A stretch of DNA of 64,000 nucleotides from contig JACKGI010000002.1 of the NCBI GenBank assembly GCA_020632015.1, positions 27,121-91,120 on the forward strand, read 5' to 3'. Made by a program: the position numbers and the translations under genes. Below, piece after piece: positions 28,523-36,493 of this stretch (the first letter of the stretch is position 1; every line of letters begins with the position of its first letter). The notes beneath the pieces were generated by a model that searched no databases, had not been told where the DNA came from, and worked only from the letters and a program-made list of their open reading frames with translations. This DNA is from Candidatus Nomurabacteria bacterium. GTDB taxonomy: Bacteria; Patescibacteriota; Minisyncoccia; Phycocordibacterales; UBA918.

Positions 28523-29737
28523 ATGAGAATTCAAGATCTTGCACAACTTTCAACTAGAATGTTCAAAACAAACCCGCTCCGTACATGGCTGACTATTTTA
28601 GGTATGGGAGTTGGAACAGGAGCCGTGGTAGTTTTGGTGGGTCTAGGTTTCGGACTTCAGCAAATCATTTTGGAACAAATCGTTTTTGGAGAGACTCTAC
28701 TTTCACTGGGTGTATCTTCAACTGGAGCACAAGGATTACGTCTTACTCCAGAAACAGTTATTGATTTTGAAAAGAATGAAGCTGTCTTGGATGCTGCTCC
28801 CTTGGCAAAATTCCCAGCTCTTGTGACCTACAAGGGTCTAACGGGTAATATTTTTGTGCAAGGAGTTGAACCTCCGTATTTGAGGTACGCAGGAGTAACA
28901 GCTGTGGCCGGTACTGTATTTGCTGAAGAAGATATTGGAGACTCTAACTCAATTATGCTTTCGCCAGCAACCCTTAAGCTTTTTGGTATACCAGATGAAG
29001 AGATTAAAGACTTTATTGGACAGAAGGTGTCCTTACGACTTTTAGTGCCAGCCGATGATGGTACAGAAAATGTAAACGAAATCTTGATTGATAAGGAATA
29101 CATCGTACGTGGTATCACAAAAGAAGAAGGGGTGTTAAACGCCATGATGATGCTTCCCGAGCTAAGAAATTATGTTGGTATAGAAGAATATGAGCGCATT
29201 CAGGTGCGTGTAGATACAAACGAAAACCTTCCGTTAGTAGAAACTAAATTGATTGAAGAAGGCTATCGAGTAACAGCACTTTCAAAAACAGTCGAACAAG
29301 CTTCCAAGATTTTCCAAGGGATTCAGGCTGTGTTGGCAACATTCGGTGGTATTGCGCTGGTGGTGTCAGCTATTGGTATGTTTAATACAATGACAGTTAC
29401 CTTGCTTGAACGTACAAAAGAGATTGGAATCATGCGTACAATCGGCGCTTCTCCCAATGACGTAAAGTATCTTTTCGTATCTGAGTCAGTGGTTGTAGGC
29501 TTTCTTGGAGGGGTCAGTGGTATTTTGATGGGAGTCACTCTCGGTATAACCGTAAATATTTTCTTAAATATAGTGGCGGGACAATTTGGCGGTCAGTCTG
29601 TGACCCTGTTTTCTTTCCCGATTAATTTCCTAGCTTTCATTGCTGTTTTCTCTGCTGCGGTAGGGTATTTAACAGGTATTTTCCCAGCACGCCGTGCTTC
29701 AACACTTAATCCTTTAGACGCTATTAGATACGAATAG
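28523..29737 (+). CDS. ABC transporter permease, FtsX/MacB type (1 TM + large extracytoplasmic domain + 3 TM)
   Basis: The ATG lies 2 nt after the ATPase stop. N-terminal TM LTILGMGVGTGAVVVLVGLGFGL is followed by a ~230-aa non-hydrophobic domain, then three C-terminal hydrophobic helices with the FtsX-type motif LLERTKEIGIMRTIGAS. Confidence 0.85.
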   Translation: MRIQDLAQLSTRMFKTNPLRTWLTILGMGVGTGAVVVLVGLGFGLQQIILEQIVFGETLLSLGVSSTGAQGLRLTPETVIDFEKNEAVLDAAPLAKFPALVTYKGLTGNIFVQGVEPPYLRYAGVTAVAGTVFAEEDIGDSNSIMLSPATLKLFGIPDEEIKDFIGQKVSLRLLVPADDGTENVNEILIDKEYIVRGITKEEGVLNAMMMLPELRNYVGIEEYERIQVRVDTNENLPLVETKLIEEGYRVTALSKTVEQASKIFQGIQAVLATFGGIALVVSAIGMFNTMTVTLLERTKEIGIMRTIGASPNDVKYLFVSESVVVGFLGGVSGILMGVTLGITVNIFLNIVAGQFGGQSVTLFSFPINFLAFIAVFSAAVGYLTGIFPARRASTLNPLDAIRYE

Positions 29738-29838
29738 ATTCTTTGTCCACAGTTTTTAGGTAATCCTGTGTATAACTCACAAATTTTATTGCAATTAAAC
29801 AGTACAATATAGCAAAAGTTATTTAGTTATATTTTATT

Positions 29839-31701
29839 ATGTTGTACAACAGGGAAAACCTACCAAACTATGTTCGAACCGCAGGGAAGATAACCGTGGT
29901 TACGGCCTTGTCCGGACTTCTCGTCTTCCTCGTCGCTTTCGTGTTTGATTTCAGCGCTCAAGAACTGAGTAAAGTATCTGCAGCCGGAAACGCGACTACT
30001 ACGCTAACTGTATTGAACACACCTCCAGTGTTCACACTCAACCCATATGAAGTTATCGGGTCATCTACTTCAACACCAACCAACTCTGGTGACGTTCTGC
30101 AGTGGTCTGCTATCGGTACTGACGCCAACGCAGCTGACTACTTCCTGCTTGTATGTAGTACAGACTCTGCTTCAGCAACGCCTAAAACAAATGCTCCTCC
30201 TGAGTGTGGAGCTGGAATACAATGGGGAGTCTCTGCGACTACAACTAGTGGAGCTCTAGCAACAGTGTCTACAACTACTGCTGAGTGGGGTACTGGAGAT
30301 TTCTCTGAAGTAAACCAGTGGTATGCGTGGGTGTGTGATGCTAACCCAACCGACCCAAAGTGTAGTGTTATTCCTGAAACAGGAGATTACGCAACCAGCT
30401 CATCTCCATTCCACATCAATAACAGACCAGTTTTTGATATTAATCTAACTAATGACGGACCAGTAGACCCAGGTGGAGTTATCGCATGGAATTCTACTTC
30501 TTCAGACCCAGACACAGTTGATGCTGAAGATGAAATTTACTTAGTTATCTGTAGCTCAAACTCAGACTACGATCCAAACCTAAACACTTGCCCGTCAGAT
30601 TTCTTAGCTTCAACTACGTTAACTGGAATCCTTAGTGACGTAGCTGCAACTCTTACAATTCCTGCTATTCAAGTAGACGATACATATCCTGCTTATGGAT
30701 ATATTGTAGACGAACATGGACACGAAGCCCTAGGCAACGGACAACAAGCAAACTACATTGTAAGTAACGTAGCTCCTGTTGTCGTTGGTGGCGATATCAT
30801 CCTGAACGGTGGTATTGACATGTCTTTGACAAATGCAGACGCAGGAGAAACTACTGGCTTTAGTTTGACATTCAAAGTTAGCGATGCAAACAGTTGTGAA
30901 AACTTCAGTGCTGGAGCAGAGATTACAGGATATAGAGCAACGGTATTCCGTTCGGATATTGGGACAACTACCTGTGATGGAAGCGGGGCAAACTATAATG
31001 CTAACAATTGTTACGACAGTGGTGTTGCGACAACCACATGGAATCTCGTATGTACTCCTGATGCTTGTGGCGGTACCGGTGATGCCGATATTGACTACAC
31101 TTGTTCATTCCCGCTTTGGTTTATTGCAGATGCAACAGATGCTGGTCCGAATACCCCAGCTGCACAAGAGATTTTGAACTGGTCTGCCGGTGTATACGGA
31201 ATTGATGACAATGCTGCGGTTGGCTCAATGGCAACAGCTACAAATGGTGTTGATGTAGAAAGTGCTGCATATATTGATGTTGGTTCCAGTCAGATTGCAT
31301 ACGGAGGAGTAGAGCCTGGTAATGCGACTGACTTGGTAGCTACTTCAACAACAATCAATATCGGAAACACAGGATTAGACCAGGACTTGCAAGGATCATC
31401 AATGTGTAACACATATTCGTTATCAACTCCGTGTCCGGGTTCAGCCACCTCTACAGTAGATGCTAGTGAACAAAAATTTGCTTCAACCACGATGACTTAC
31501 GGTAACGTACTAGCTACAAATCTATCTTCAACAAGCCCAACTCACTTAGAGCTTGATGTAGCTAAGTCAACATCAACAACGACCCCAAACAATAAGCTGA
31601 CTTATTGGGGAATCAATGTACCATGGACAATATCATTCGCTGGTAGCTATACAGGGCTCAACACTTTCACAGCCATCGTTGCTGAGCCAGGAGACTGGTA
31701 G
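29839..31701 (+). CDS. Secreted/anchored Cys-containing Ig-like repeat protein; its C-terminal half is paralogous to the giant protein's C-terminus
   Basis: N-terminal hydrophobic segment VVTALSGLLVFLVAFVF. The C-terminal ~300 aa (from about 30793) align with the giant's last ~250 aa: NGGIDMSL/NNGIDISL, NNCY, QKFASTTMTY/QKFATTTFDY, LTYWGINVPW/IYWGIAVPFG, GLNTFTAIV/GVNTFTAIS. Confidence 0.8.
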   Translation: MLYNRENLPNYVRTAGKITVVTALSGLLVFLVAFVFDFSAQELSKVSAAGNATTTLTVLNTPPVFTLNPYEVIGSSTSTPTNSGDVLQWSAIGTDANAADYFLLVCSTDSASATPKTNAPPECGAGIQWGVSATTTSGALATVSTTTAEWGTGDFSEVNQWYAWVCDANPTDPKCSVIPETGDYATSSSPFHINNRPVFDINLTNDGPVDPGGVIAWNSTSSDPDTVDAEDEIYLVICSSNSDYDPNLNTCPSDFLASTTLTGILSDVAATLTIPAIQVDDTYPAYGYIVDEHGHEALGNGQQANYIVSNVAPVVVGGDIILNGGIDMSLTNADAGETTGFSLTFKVSDANSCENFSAGAEITGYRATVFRSDIGTTTCDGSGANYNANNCYDSGVATTTWNLVCTPDACGGTGDADIDYTCSFPLWFIADATDAGPNTPAAQEILNWSAGVYGIDDNAAVGSMATATNGVDVESAAYIDVGSSQIAYGGVEPGNATDLVATSTTINIGNTGLDQDLQGSSMCNTYSLSTPCPGSATSTVDASEQKFASTTMTYGNVLATNLSSTSPTHLELDVAKSTSTTTPNNKLTYWGINVPWTISFAGSYTGLNTFTAIVAEPGDW

Positions 31702-31722
31702 AACACAAAAAACATAATTTTT

Positions 31723-31760
31723 CAACAGCCATTGTTATACAACAATGGCTGTTGCTTTTT
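31723..31760 (+). terminator. Rho-independent terminator
   Basis: Perfect 14-bp stem CAACAGCCATTGTT (31723-31736) / AACAATGGCTGTTG (31741-31754) with a 4-nt loop, followed by CTTTTTAAAGCTTTTTTT. Confidence 0.85.
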
Positions 31761-31783
31761 AAAGCTTTTTTTCCGATAATAGT

Positions 31784-32749
31784 ATGACGTACATGAATTT
31801 TATTTCACGAAAGTTTTTGCTAGTTCTTTTTTTGCCTGTGCTTTTTTTTAGTACGGGTATTTACAAAGCTGAAGCAGGATTTGGTATTACTCCTCCCTAT
31901 GTTAGAAACACTAGCCTAACTCGTAATTCTACTTACGAGCAGCAAATTCTTTTGGTGAGAGGTGATGCGAACATTGCACAAAAGGCTGAAATTATTATCG
32001 ATGCTCCAGACATTGAAGGTTGGATAGAAGTTCTTGAAGGCGAAGAAATTAAAATGCCAAAAGGTACTCAAAAGGTACCAATGACTGTACGAGTAACAGT
32101 TCCAGACAATGCTCAGTTTGGCGAGTATAAGGGGTCTATTAGAATCAGAACGCTTCCTGATGACGATCAGGTGGCTCAAGGAGCAGTAAGTATCTCTCTT
32201 GGTGCATTGGTGGATATTGATTTGTTAGTCATAGATAGACAGATTAAGGACTTTAGAGTGCGTAAGATTTCAGCGCCTGACCTCAACGAAGGAAACAAGG
32301 TTGGTTGGCTATTTTTCCCGGGAAAGATTAATTTTGAAATGTTAATTGAAAATACTGGTAACGTAGACATCGCTCCTTCAAAAGTAGAGTTTAGAATCTT
32401 TGATCGTTCAGGAAAGGTTATGCTTGAGGAATCAAAGAATATTGGAAGAGTTACAAAAATTAAACCCTACGCCACGGAAAGTGTTATTGCAAAAATACCG
32501 ACTAGACTACCGGCGGGTGGCTACATCGCTAGGTATAAGGTATTCAATGGGGATGAGATTAAACAGGAAGGAGACATAACTCTTAACATTTTACCTGAAG
32601 GTAGCCTTCAAACAGCTGGCTTTGGCTTTATCGGTCTTTCTATAGCACATAAAATCTCAATCCTTTTGCCAATATTTGCTGTAATAATTGCTGCGCTATA
32701 TATCTGGCGTTCACGAGCTCAAGTTCGTGTACGTACCCGAAGAAAATAG
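31784..32749 (+). CDS. Membrane-anchored double beta-sandwich protein (signal peptide, two ~120-aa beta-rich domains, C-terminal TM + basic tail); architecture resembles DUF916/DUF3324 proteins of WxL loci
   Basis: Signal peptide FLLVLFLPVLFFSTGIYKAEA/GFG. First domain motifs W(I)EV..(G)..I..P.G....P..V.V.VP.....GEY.G.I.I. Second domain motifs (L)IEN(T)GN(V)....(V)EF.I(F)D..G... C-terminal TM ILLPIFAVIIAALYIW is followed by RSRAQVRVRTRRK. It is a paralog of 47869..48885 and of the first 300 aa of 48851..50485. Confidence 0.8.
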   Translation: MTYMNFISRKFLLVLFLPVLFFSTGIYKAEAGFGITPPYVRNTSLTRNSTYEQQILLVRGDANIAQKAEIIIDAPDIEGWIEVLEGEEIKMPKGTQKVPMTVRVTVPDNAQFGEYKGSIRIRTLPDDDQVAQGAVSISLGALVDIDLLVIDRQIKDFRVRKISAPDLNEGNKVGWLFFPGKINFEMLIENTGNVDIAPSKVEFRIFDRSGKVMLEESKNIGRVTKIKPYATESVIAKIPTRLPAGGYIARYKVFNGDEIKQEGDITLNILPEGSLQTAGFGFIGLSIAHKISILLPIFAVIIAALYIWRSRAQVRVRTRRK

Positions 32750-32750
32750 T

Positions 32751-33860
32751 ATGCGCAATTATCTATACCTTCTTTTCTTATTTGTCTTTGTAGCAGTTCC
32801 TCTTGCTTCTTTTGCGCAATCTACAAATATCGCAACCACAACACTAACAATAAGTATTTGTGGTAATGAGATTGTTGATGGCGGTGAGGAGTGCGACGTG
32901 CTTGGCGAAACAGGAGTCTATAGCCAAACTATTGCTGGTAGACAATGTACCGCGTCGTGTAATTTTGGTCCTTATTGTGGTGACGGAATTCTTCAGACGG
33001 CTTTTGCTGAGGAATGTGATGACGGCAATAACGACAATGGGGACTTCTGTTCTGCTATTTGTAAAATTGAACCAGCTGGTTCTGGCGGTGGTGGTTCTAG
33101 TGGTGGAGGAACGTCAGGAAGAGGGGGAAGTACTGTTGACTTAGGAGATACGATAATAAATGTAATAGGTCGTGGGTATCCGCTCAGAACAATTAATTTT
33201 TTGCTCGATACTGAATCTGTCGGAACTGTTCGTTCAGACAGTAGTGGAAGGTTTGAATTTTCTACAAATGCGTCTCCAGGTACAGCTACTCTGGGTATCT
33301 GGACCACAGACGTCGATGGTACACGCTCTATCACTTTAAATAATACTTTTGATGTAACTCAGGGTGCTATAACAAATCTTAACGGAATAATTCTACCGCC
33401 AACTATTTCTGTGCCAAATCCTAACGTTAACCCTGGTGATACTATTTTGATTTCTGGTCAGTCAATTCCGAGTTCGAGAGTTGAAGTTCATGTCGACAAT
33501 AGTACTATCGTTGAGACTGTAACTGCTGGAACTGATGGAAAATGGAGTTTGAGTTTTGACACAAGTAGAGTGTCTGTAGCTCAGCATACTCTGAGAGCTA
33601 GAACATTGACTGGCAACCCACCGTTACGAACTGAAAGTAGTTTCAGTACTTCAATCCAATTGTTCGTTGGTGTTGACGGTCAAGCCACACTACCCTCTGA
33701 CCTAAACAGAGATGGCTTCATTAACCTTATTGACTTTTCTATTCTTATTTTTTGGTGGCAAACAAATGGTGGCGATTCAGATCCACCAGCTGACATAAAC
33801 CAAAACGGAAGAGTTAGTCTCGAAGATTTTTCTATTCTTTTGTTCAACTGGACAGGATAA
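32751..33860 (+). CDS. Secreted protein: Cys-rich (myxococcal-type) repeats, Gly/Ser linker, Ig-like domains, C-terminal dockerin-like module
   Basis: ATG at 32751 (1 nt after the previous stop) gives signal peptide MRNYLYLLFLFVFVAVPLASFA/QS. Repeats CGNEIVDGGEECD and CGDGILQTAFAEECDDGNNDNGDFCSAIC are present. The C-terminal region has two EF-hand-like loops, DLNRDGFINLID and DINQNGRVSLED, each followed by FSIL (about 33699-33851). Confidence 0.8.
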   Translation: MRNYLYLLFLFVFVAVPLASFAQSTNIATTTLTISICGNEIVDGGEECDVLGETGVYSQTIAGRQCTASCNFGPYCGDGILQTAFAEECDDGNNDNGDFCSAICKIEPAGSGGGGSSGGGTSGRGGSTVDLGDTIINVIGRGYPLRTINFLLDTESVGTVRSDSSGRFEFSTNASPGTATLGIWTTDVDGTRSITLNNTFDVTQGAITNLNGIILPPTISVPNPNVNPGDTILISGQSIPSSRVEVHVDNSTIVETVTAGTDGKWSLSFDTSRVSVAQHTLRARTLTGNPPLRTESSFSTSIQLFVGVDGQATLPSDLNRDGFINLIDFSILIFWWQTNGGDSDPPADINQNGRVSLEDFSILLFNWTG

Positions 33861-33862
33861 TT

Positions 33863-33885
33863 CACAAAATTTATAAAATTTTGTG
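33863..33885 (+). terminator. AT-rich hairpin after the dockerin-like gene (weak candidate terminator)
   Basis: CACAAAATTT (33863-33872) / AAATTTTGTG (33876-33885) form a perfect 10-bp stem with a 3-nt loop. The T7 run (33895-33901) is not adjacent to the stem. Confidence 0.35.
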
Positions 33886-33901
33886 TATAAGTAATTTTTT
33901 T

Positions 33902-34126
33902 CAAATCTTCTCATCGTACAATGAGATTGTATCTGTAAAGGAGGTAATCATTTAGTATTACTGCACGTTCATTTTGTACGTGAGCACTTCAGCCGGGTGT
34001 TACTTTGCAGATATGCTTGCAGTGCTATTTTGTAAAGCGGAGTGGAGACCACTTTACGGTATGAGCTCACGCTCATTTGTTACCTCACCACGAGTAACAG
34101 ACTGTTAGCCTAATACAACGTAGAGT
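33902..34126 (+). promoter_or_regulatory. Long hairpin-rich non-coding leader upstream of the 388-aa gene
   Basis: This is the largest intergenic gap in the window (266 nt). Hairpins: TCTCAT/ATGAGA 33909-33926, CACGT/ACGTG 33964-33982, GTAAA..GTGG-aga-CCAC-TTTAC 34032-34057, ATGAGC/GCTCAT 34061-34076, GTTAC/GTAAC 34079-34098. An orphan SD-like AAAGGAGGT at 33937-33945 has its complement TTACCTC at 34080-34086. A candidate -10 TACAAT lies at 33917-33922. Confidence 0.35.
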
Positions 34127-35293
34127 ATGATCAGAACGTCAAAATCGTTCTCAATACTCCAAGCAACGGCAGCGATTGTAGCCCTAACCATTCTTCTATG
34201 GTCTGCGGGTCTACCATCACTACAATTTGTAGAAGCTGCAAATGTCACCACACTTAGCGACACGCTCACAGACTCTGGTCCGGGCGTAGTCTCAGATCAC
34301 ACCATCTCGTTTGTAACTCCAACTGGAGTTGCTAACGGTGAGACAATCACGATTGATTTCTCAGACGGTCCATTCGTAGTTGGCTCAGTTGATGAAACTG
34401 ATGTCGACGTATTGGATGACACAAACGATCTCGTTATTGCAGCAGACTGTTCAGGTTCGGATGAAGCAAGTGCTGTCTTTTCAGGAACCACCCTTACTAT
34501 CACACTATGTGCTGGTGATGGAGCGTTTATCCCTTCTAATGGTACAACTACCATTAAAATCGGTTCAAATGCTACATACGGTGGAGATACTGGAGATGCA
34601 GACGCTCAGCTAACCAACCCGAGTGCTGGCTCTTACGAGATTAATGTAACTGCTGGTTCAGCTGATACTGGTTCAACAAGAGTTGCTATCGTGTCGGCGG
34701 TAACAGTTACTGCTTCTGTTGATACACTTTTTACATTTACTGTAGCAGGTGTGGCAGGAGGTCAAACTGTTAACACAGCAGACGTCACTGATGGTCCAAC
34801 AACAGCTACAACCATTCCTTTTGGAGAGCTTGTAGCTGATACAGCAAGTACAACAGCGCAAGACTTAACAGTTGTTACAAACGCCTATAATGGTTTTGTC
34901 GTAACTGTGGTATCTGATGGTCAACTTGTCTCAACTAATGGTGCAGATATTGATAGTTTCCGAAATGGAAATGATCAGTCAACACCAGTAGATTGGGAAG
35001 CACCAACTCCTGTTTTAGGAGATGAAGATACTTATGGTCACTGGGGTCTTACTTCAGATGATGATGCACTAGCTGGTGCTGCTGATCCCTTCGATGCAGG
35101 AGGAGCAGGAGGTCGTTATGCGGCCGCTTCAACTACACCTGTAGAAGTGTTCAGACACACAGGACCAACAGATGGAACAGTAACTGGCGAGGGTACCACC
35201 CGAGTTGGTTACAAAATTGAAGTTACAGCTTTGCAAGAAGCTGCTGACGACTACACAGCTACGCTGACATACGTAGCAACACCAGTGTTCTAA
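34127..35293 (+). CDS. Secreted 388-aa beta-rich protein, probable major structural surface subunit; C-terminal module shared with the 2,060-aa protein
   Basis: Signal peptide MIRTSKSFSILQATAAIVALTILLWSAGLPSLQFVEA/AN. T/V/G/D-rich, Cys-poor beta-type sequence. The C-terminal ~200 aa align with the end of the 41670..47852 product and finish DDYTATLTYVATPVF (vs GDYTTTITYIAVPVF). The gene is bracketed by its own leader and a strong terminator. Confidence 0.85.
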   Translation: MIRTSKSFSILQATAAIVALTILLWSAGLPSLQFVEAANVTTLSDTLTDSGPGVVSDHTISFVTPTGVANGETITIDFSDGPFVVGSVDETDVDVLDDTNDLVIAADCSGSDEASAVFSGTTLTITLCAGDGAFIPSNGTTTIKIGSNATYGGDTGDADAQLTNPSAGSYEINVTAGSADTGSTRVAIVSAVTVTASVDTLFTFTVAGVAGGQTVNTADVTDGPTTATTIPFGELVADTASTTAQDLTVVTNAYNGFVVTVVSDGQLVSTNGADIDSFRNGNDQSTPVDWEAPTPVLGDEDTYGHWGLTSDDDALAGAADPFDAGGAGGRYAAASTTPVEVFRHTGPTDGTVTGEGTTRVGYKIEVTALQEAADDYTATLTYVATPVF

Positions 35294-35326
35294 CGAATAT
35301 TGGCTCTAAGCTTGGAGTTAAAAGAC

Positions 35327-35362
35327 AAAAAACCCTATCTCCCACCACGAGAAGGGTTTTTT
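35327..35362 (+). terminator. Rho-independent terminator
   Basis: AAAAAACCCT-A-TCTC / GAGA-AGGGTTTTTT stem (35327-35341 / 35349-35362) with a 7-nt loop and a T6 tail, 34 nt after the stop. Confidence 0.8.
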
Positions 35363-35397
35363 GTATGTGTACAGGTAGCAATAATTTGTGATTACGC

Positions 35398-35406
35398 TGG
35401 TATACT
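35398..35406 (+). promoter_or_regulatory. Candidate extended -10 element (TGGTATACT) 7 nt upstream of ATG 35414
   Basis: TGN + TATACT at 35398-35406, directly downstream of the 35327-35362 terminator. No SD lies before the ATG, consistent with a leaderless transcript. Confidence 0.35.
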
Positions 35407-35413
35407 AAGTGTA

Positions 35414-36493
35414 ATGAAACAAATGTTTGTTCGGGTTTTTTATTTGGCTACAGTAGCTCTTTTATTCATCGTACCTAGCTCCGTTCAGGCTGCTTCGCTC
35501 TACATTGACCCTCCTTTCAGTACTTTATTTAGTGGTGACTCAGTCACATTAGCCGTTCGCTTGGATACAGACGAAGCTGCGGGTGAGTGTATTAATGCAG
35601 TTGATGCAAAAATTACTTACCCGGCAAACGTTGAACCAGTGGATATTTCCATAGGTAAATCCATTTTTAATATCTGGGTTGAGCAACCAAAAATTAATAA
35701 ACAAGAGCGAACAATAACCTTTGCTGGTGGCATTCCTAATGGATATTGTGGTCGCGTATCGGGAGACCCTAGGTTAACCAATACTCTTGTTGAGGTGGTT
35801 TTTCGTTCACCCGGATTTACGATTGGTGGAGGGTCTTCAGATAGTTCTGAAGCAGTTGTGACATTAAGTGATGAATCTACTGCGTACCTAAATGACGGTC
35901 GTGGAACCAAAGTGTCTCTAGCGCTATATCCTGCGAAAATAAGTTTAGAGAAGGGAGCTGGTTCTGCCTTGGTTAATCAGTGGCAGGAGGAAGTTGATGC
36001 GGACGTCGTTCCACCCGAAGATTTTAGTATTCTCTTGCAAAAGGGAGAGGGTAATTTCTCAAATAAATACTACATTATCTTCAACACAACTGATAAACAA
36101 ACTGGTGTAGATCAATATCAGGTTATGGAAGAACCATTAACTCAATTCGGTACTTTTCAGTGGGGAAGAGCTGACGCTCCGTGGGTGGAAGCACGAAGCC
36201 CATACGTGCTAAAGGATCAAAGTCTTAACAGTATTGTCAGAGTCAAAGCTATTGATAAAGCTGGTAATGAATACGTTGCAACTCTTATTCCTGATGGCTC
36301 TATGCGTACATTATCTTCTTCGCAGATACTAACCGTGGCTCTCACAGTAGTTTCACTAGTTGTTCTGCTCGCTGTAGGCTTCATTTCTTGGCGTGTCATT
36401 AGAAACAGGAGAAAAGAACGTATCAACACAGATGATGATTATGAGAATGACGAAACCGCAACATCCGATGATAATGAAATCCACAATGATTAA
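35414..36493 (+). CDS. Cohesin-like domain protein with an Ig-like module, C-terminal TM anchor and acidic cytoplasmic tail
   Basis: ATG at 35414 gives signal peptide MKQMFVRVFYLATVALLFIVPSSVQA/AS; the track start at 35300 would translate through the terminator hairpin. N-terminal ~150 aa: LYIDPP...G..V.L.V.L......INAVD..I.YP...........SIFNIWV..P......TI.FAGGIPNGY.G. TM VALTVVSLVVLLAVGFISW. Confidence 0.8.
   Translation: MKQMFVRVFYLATVALLFIVPSSVQAASLYIDPPFSTLFSGDSVTLAVRLDTDEAAGECINAVDAKITYPANVEPVDISIGKSIFNIWVEQPKINKQERTITFAGGIPNGYCGRVSGDPRLTNTLVEVVFRSPGFTIGGGSSDSSEAVVTLSDESTAYLNDGRGTKVSLALYPAKISLEKGAGSALVNQWQEEVDADVVPPEDFSILLQKGEGNFSNKYYIIFNTTDKQTGVDQYQVMEEPLTQFGTFQWGRADAPWVEARSPYVLKDQSLNSIVRVKAIDKAGNEYVATLIPDGSMRTLSSSQILTVALTVVSLVVLLAVGFISWRVIRNRRKERINTDDDYENDETATSDDNEIHND

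Noticed and set aside
32688-32750. Upstream start for the Cys-rich/dockerin-like gene given in the ORF track
   Set aside because: It would overlap the preceding gene by 62 nt and add 21 non-signal residues. ATG 32751 starts 1 nt after the previous stop and yields a canonical signal peptide.
33937-33955. Strong SD-like AAAGGAGGT followed by ATT-TAG (a possible start-stop mini-ORF), and the 5-codon ORF ATGAGATTGTATCTGTAA at 33921
   Set aside because: No canonical start codon sits at a proper distance from the SD. ATT initiation followed immediately by a stop is too speculative, and the 5-codon ORF has no SD. I treat the sequence as part of the leader's RNA structure.
35300-35413. Upstream start for the first cohesin-like gene
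   Set aside because: The extension would be translated through the strong terminator hairpin at 35327-35362. ATG 35414 yields a proper signal peptide and has an extended -10 just upstream.
36393-36485. Upstream start for the second cohesin-like gene
   Set aside because: It would overlap the preceding gene by 100 nt in another frame. ATG 36486 (ATGATTAA overlap) gives a signal peptide directly.
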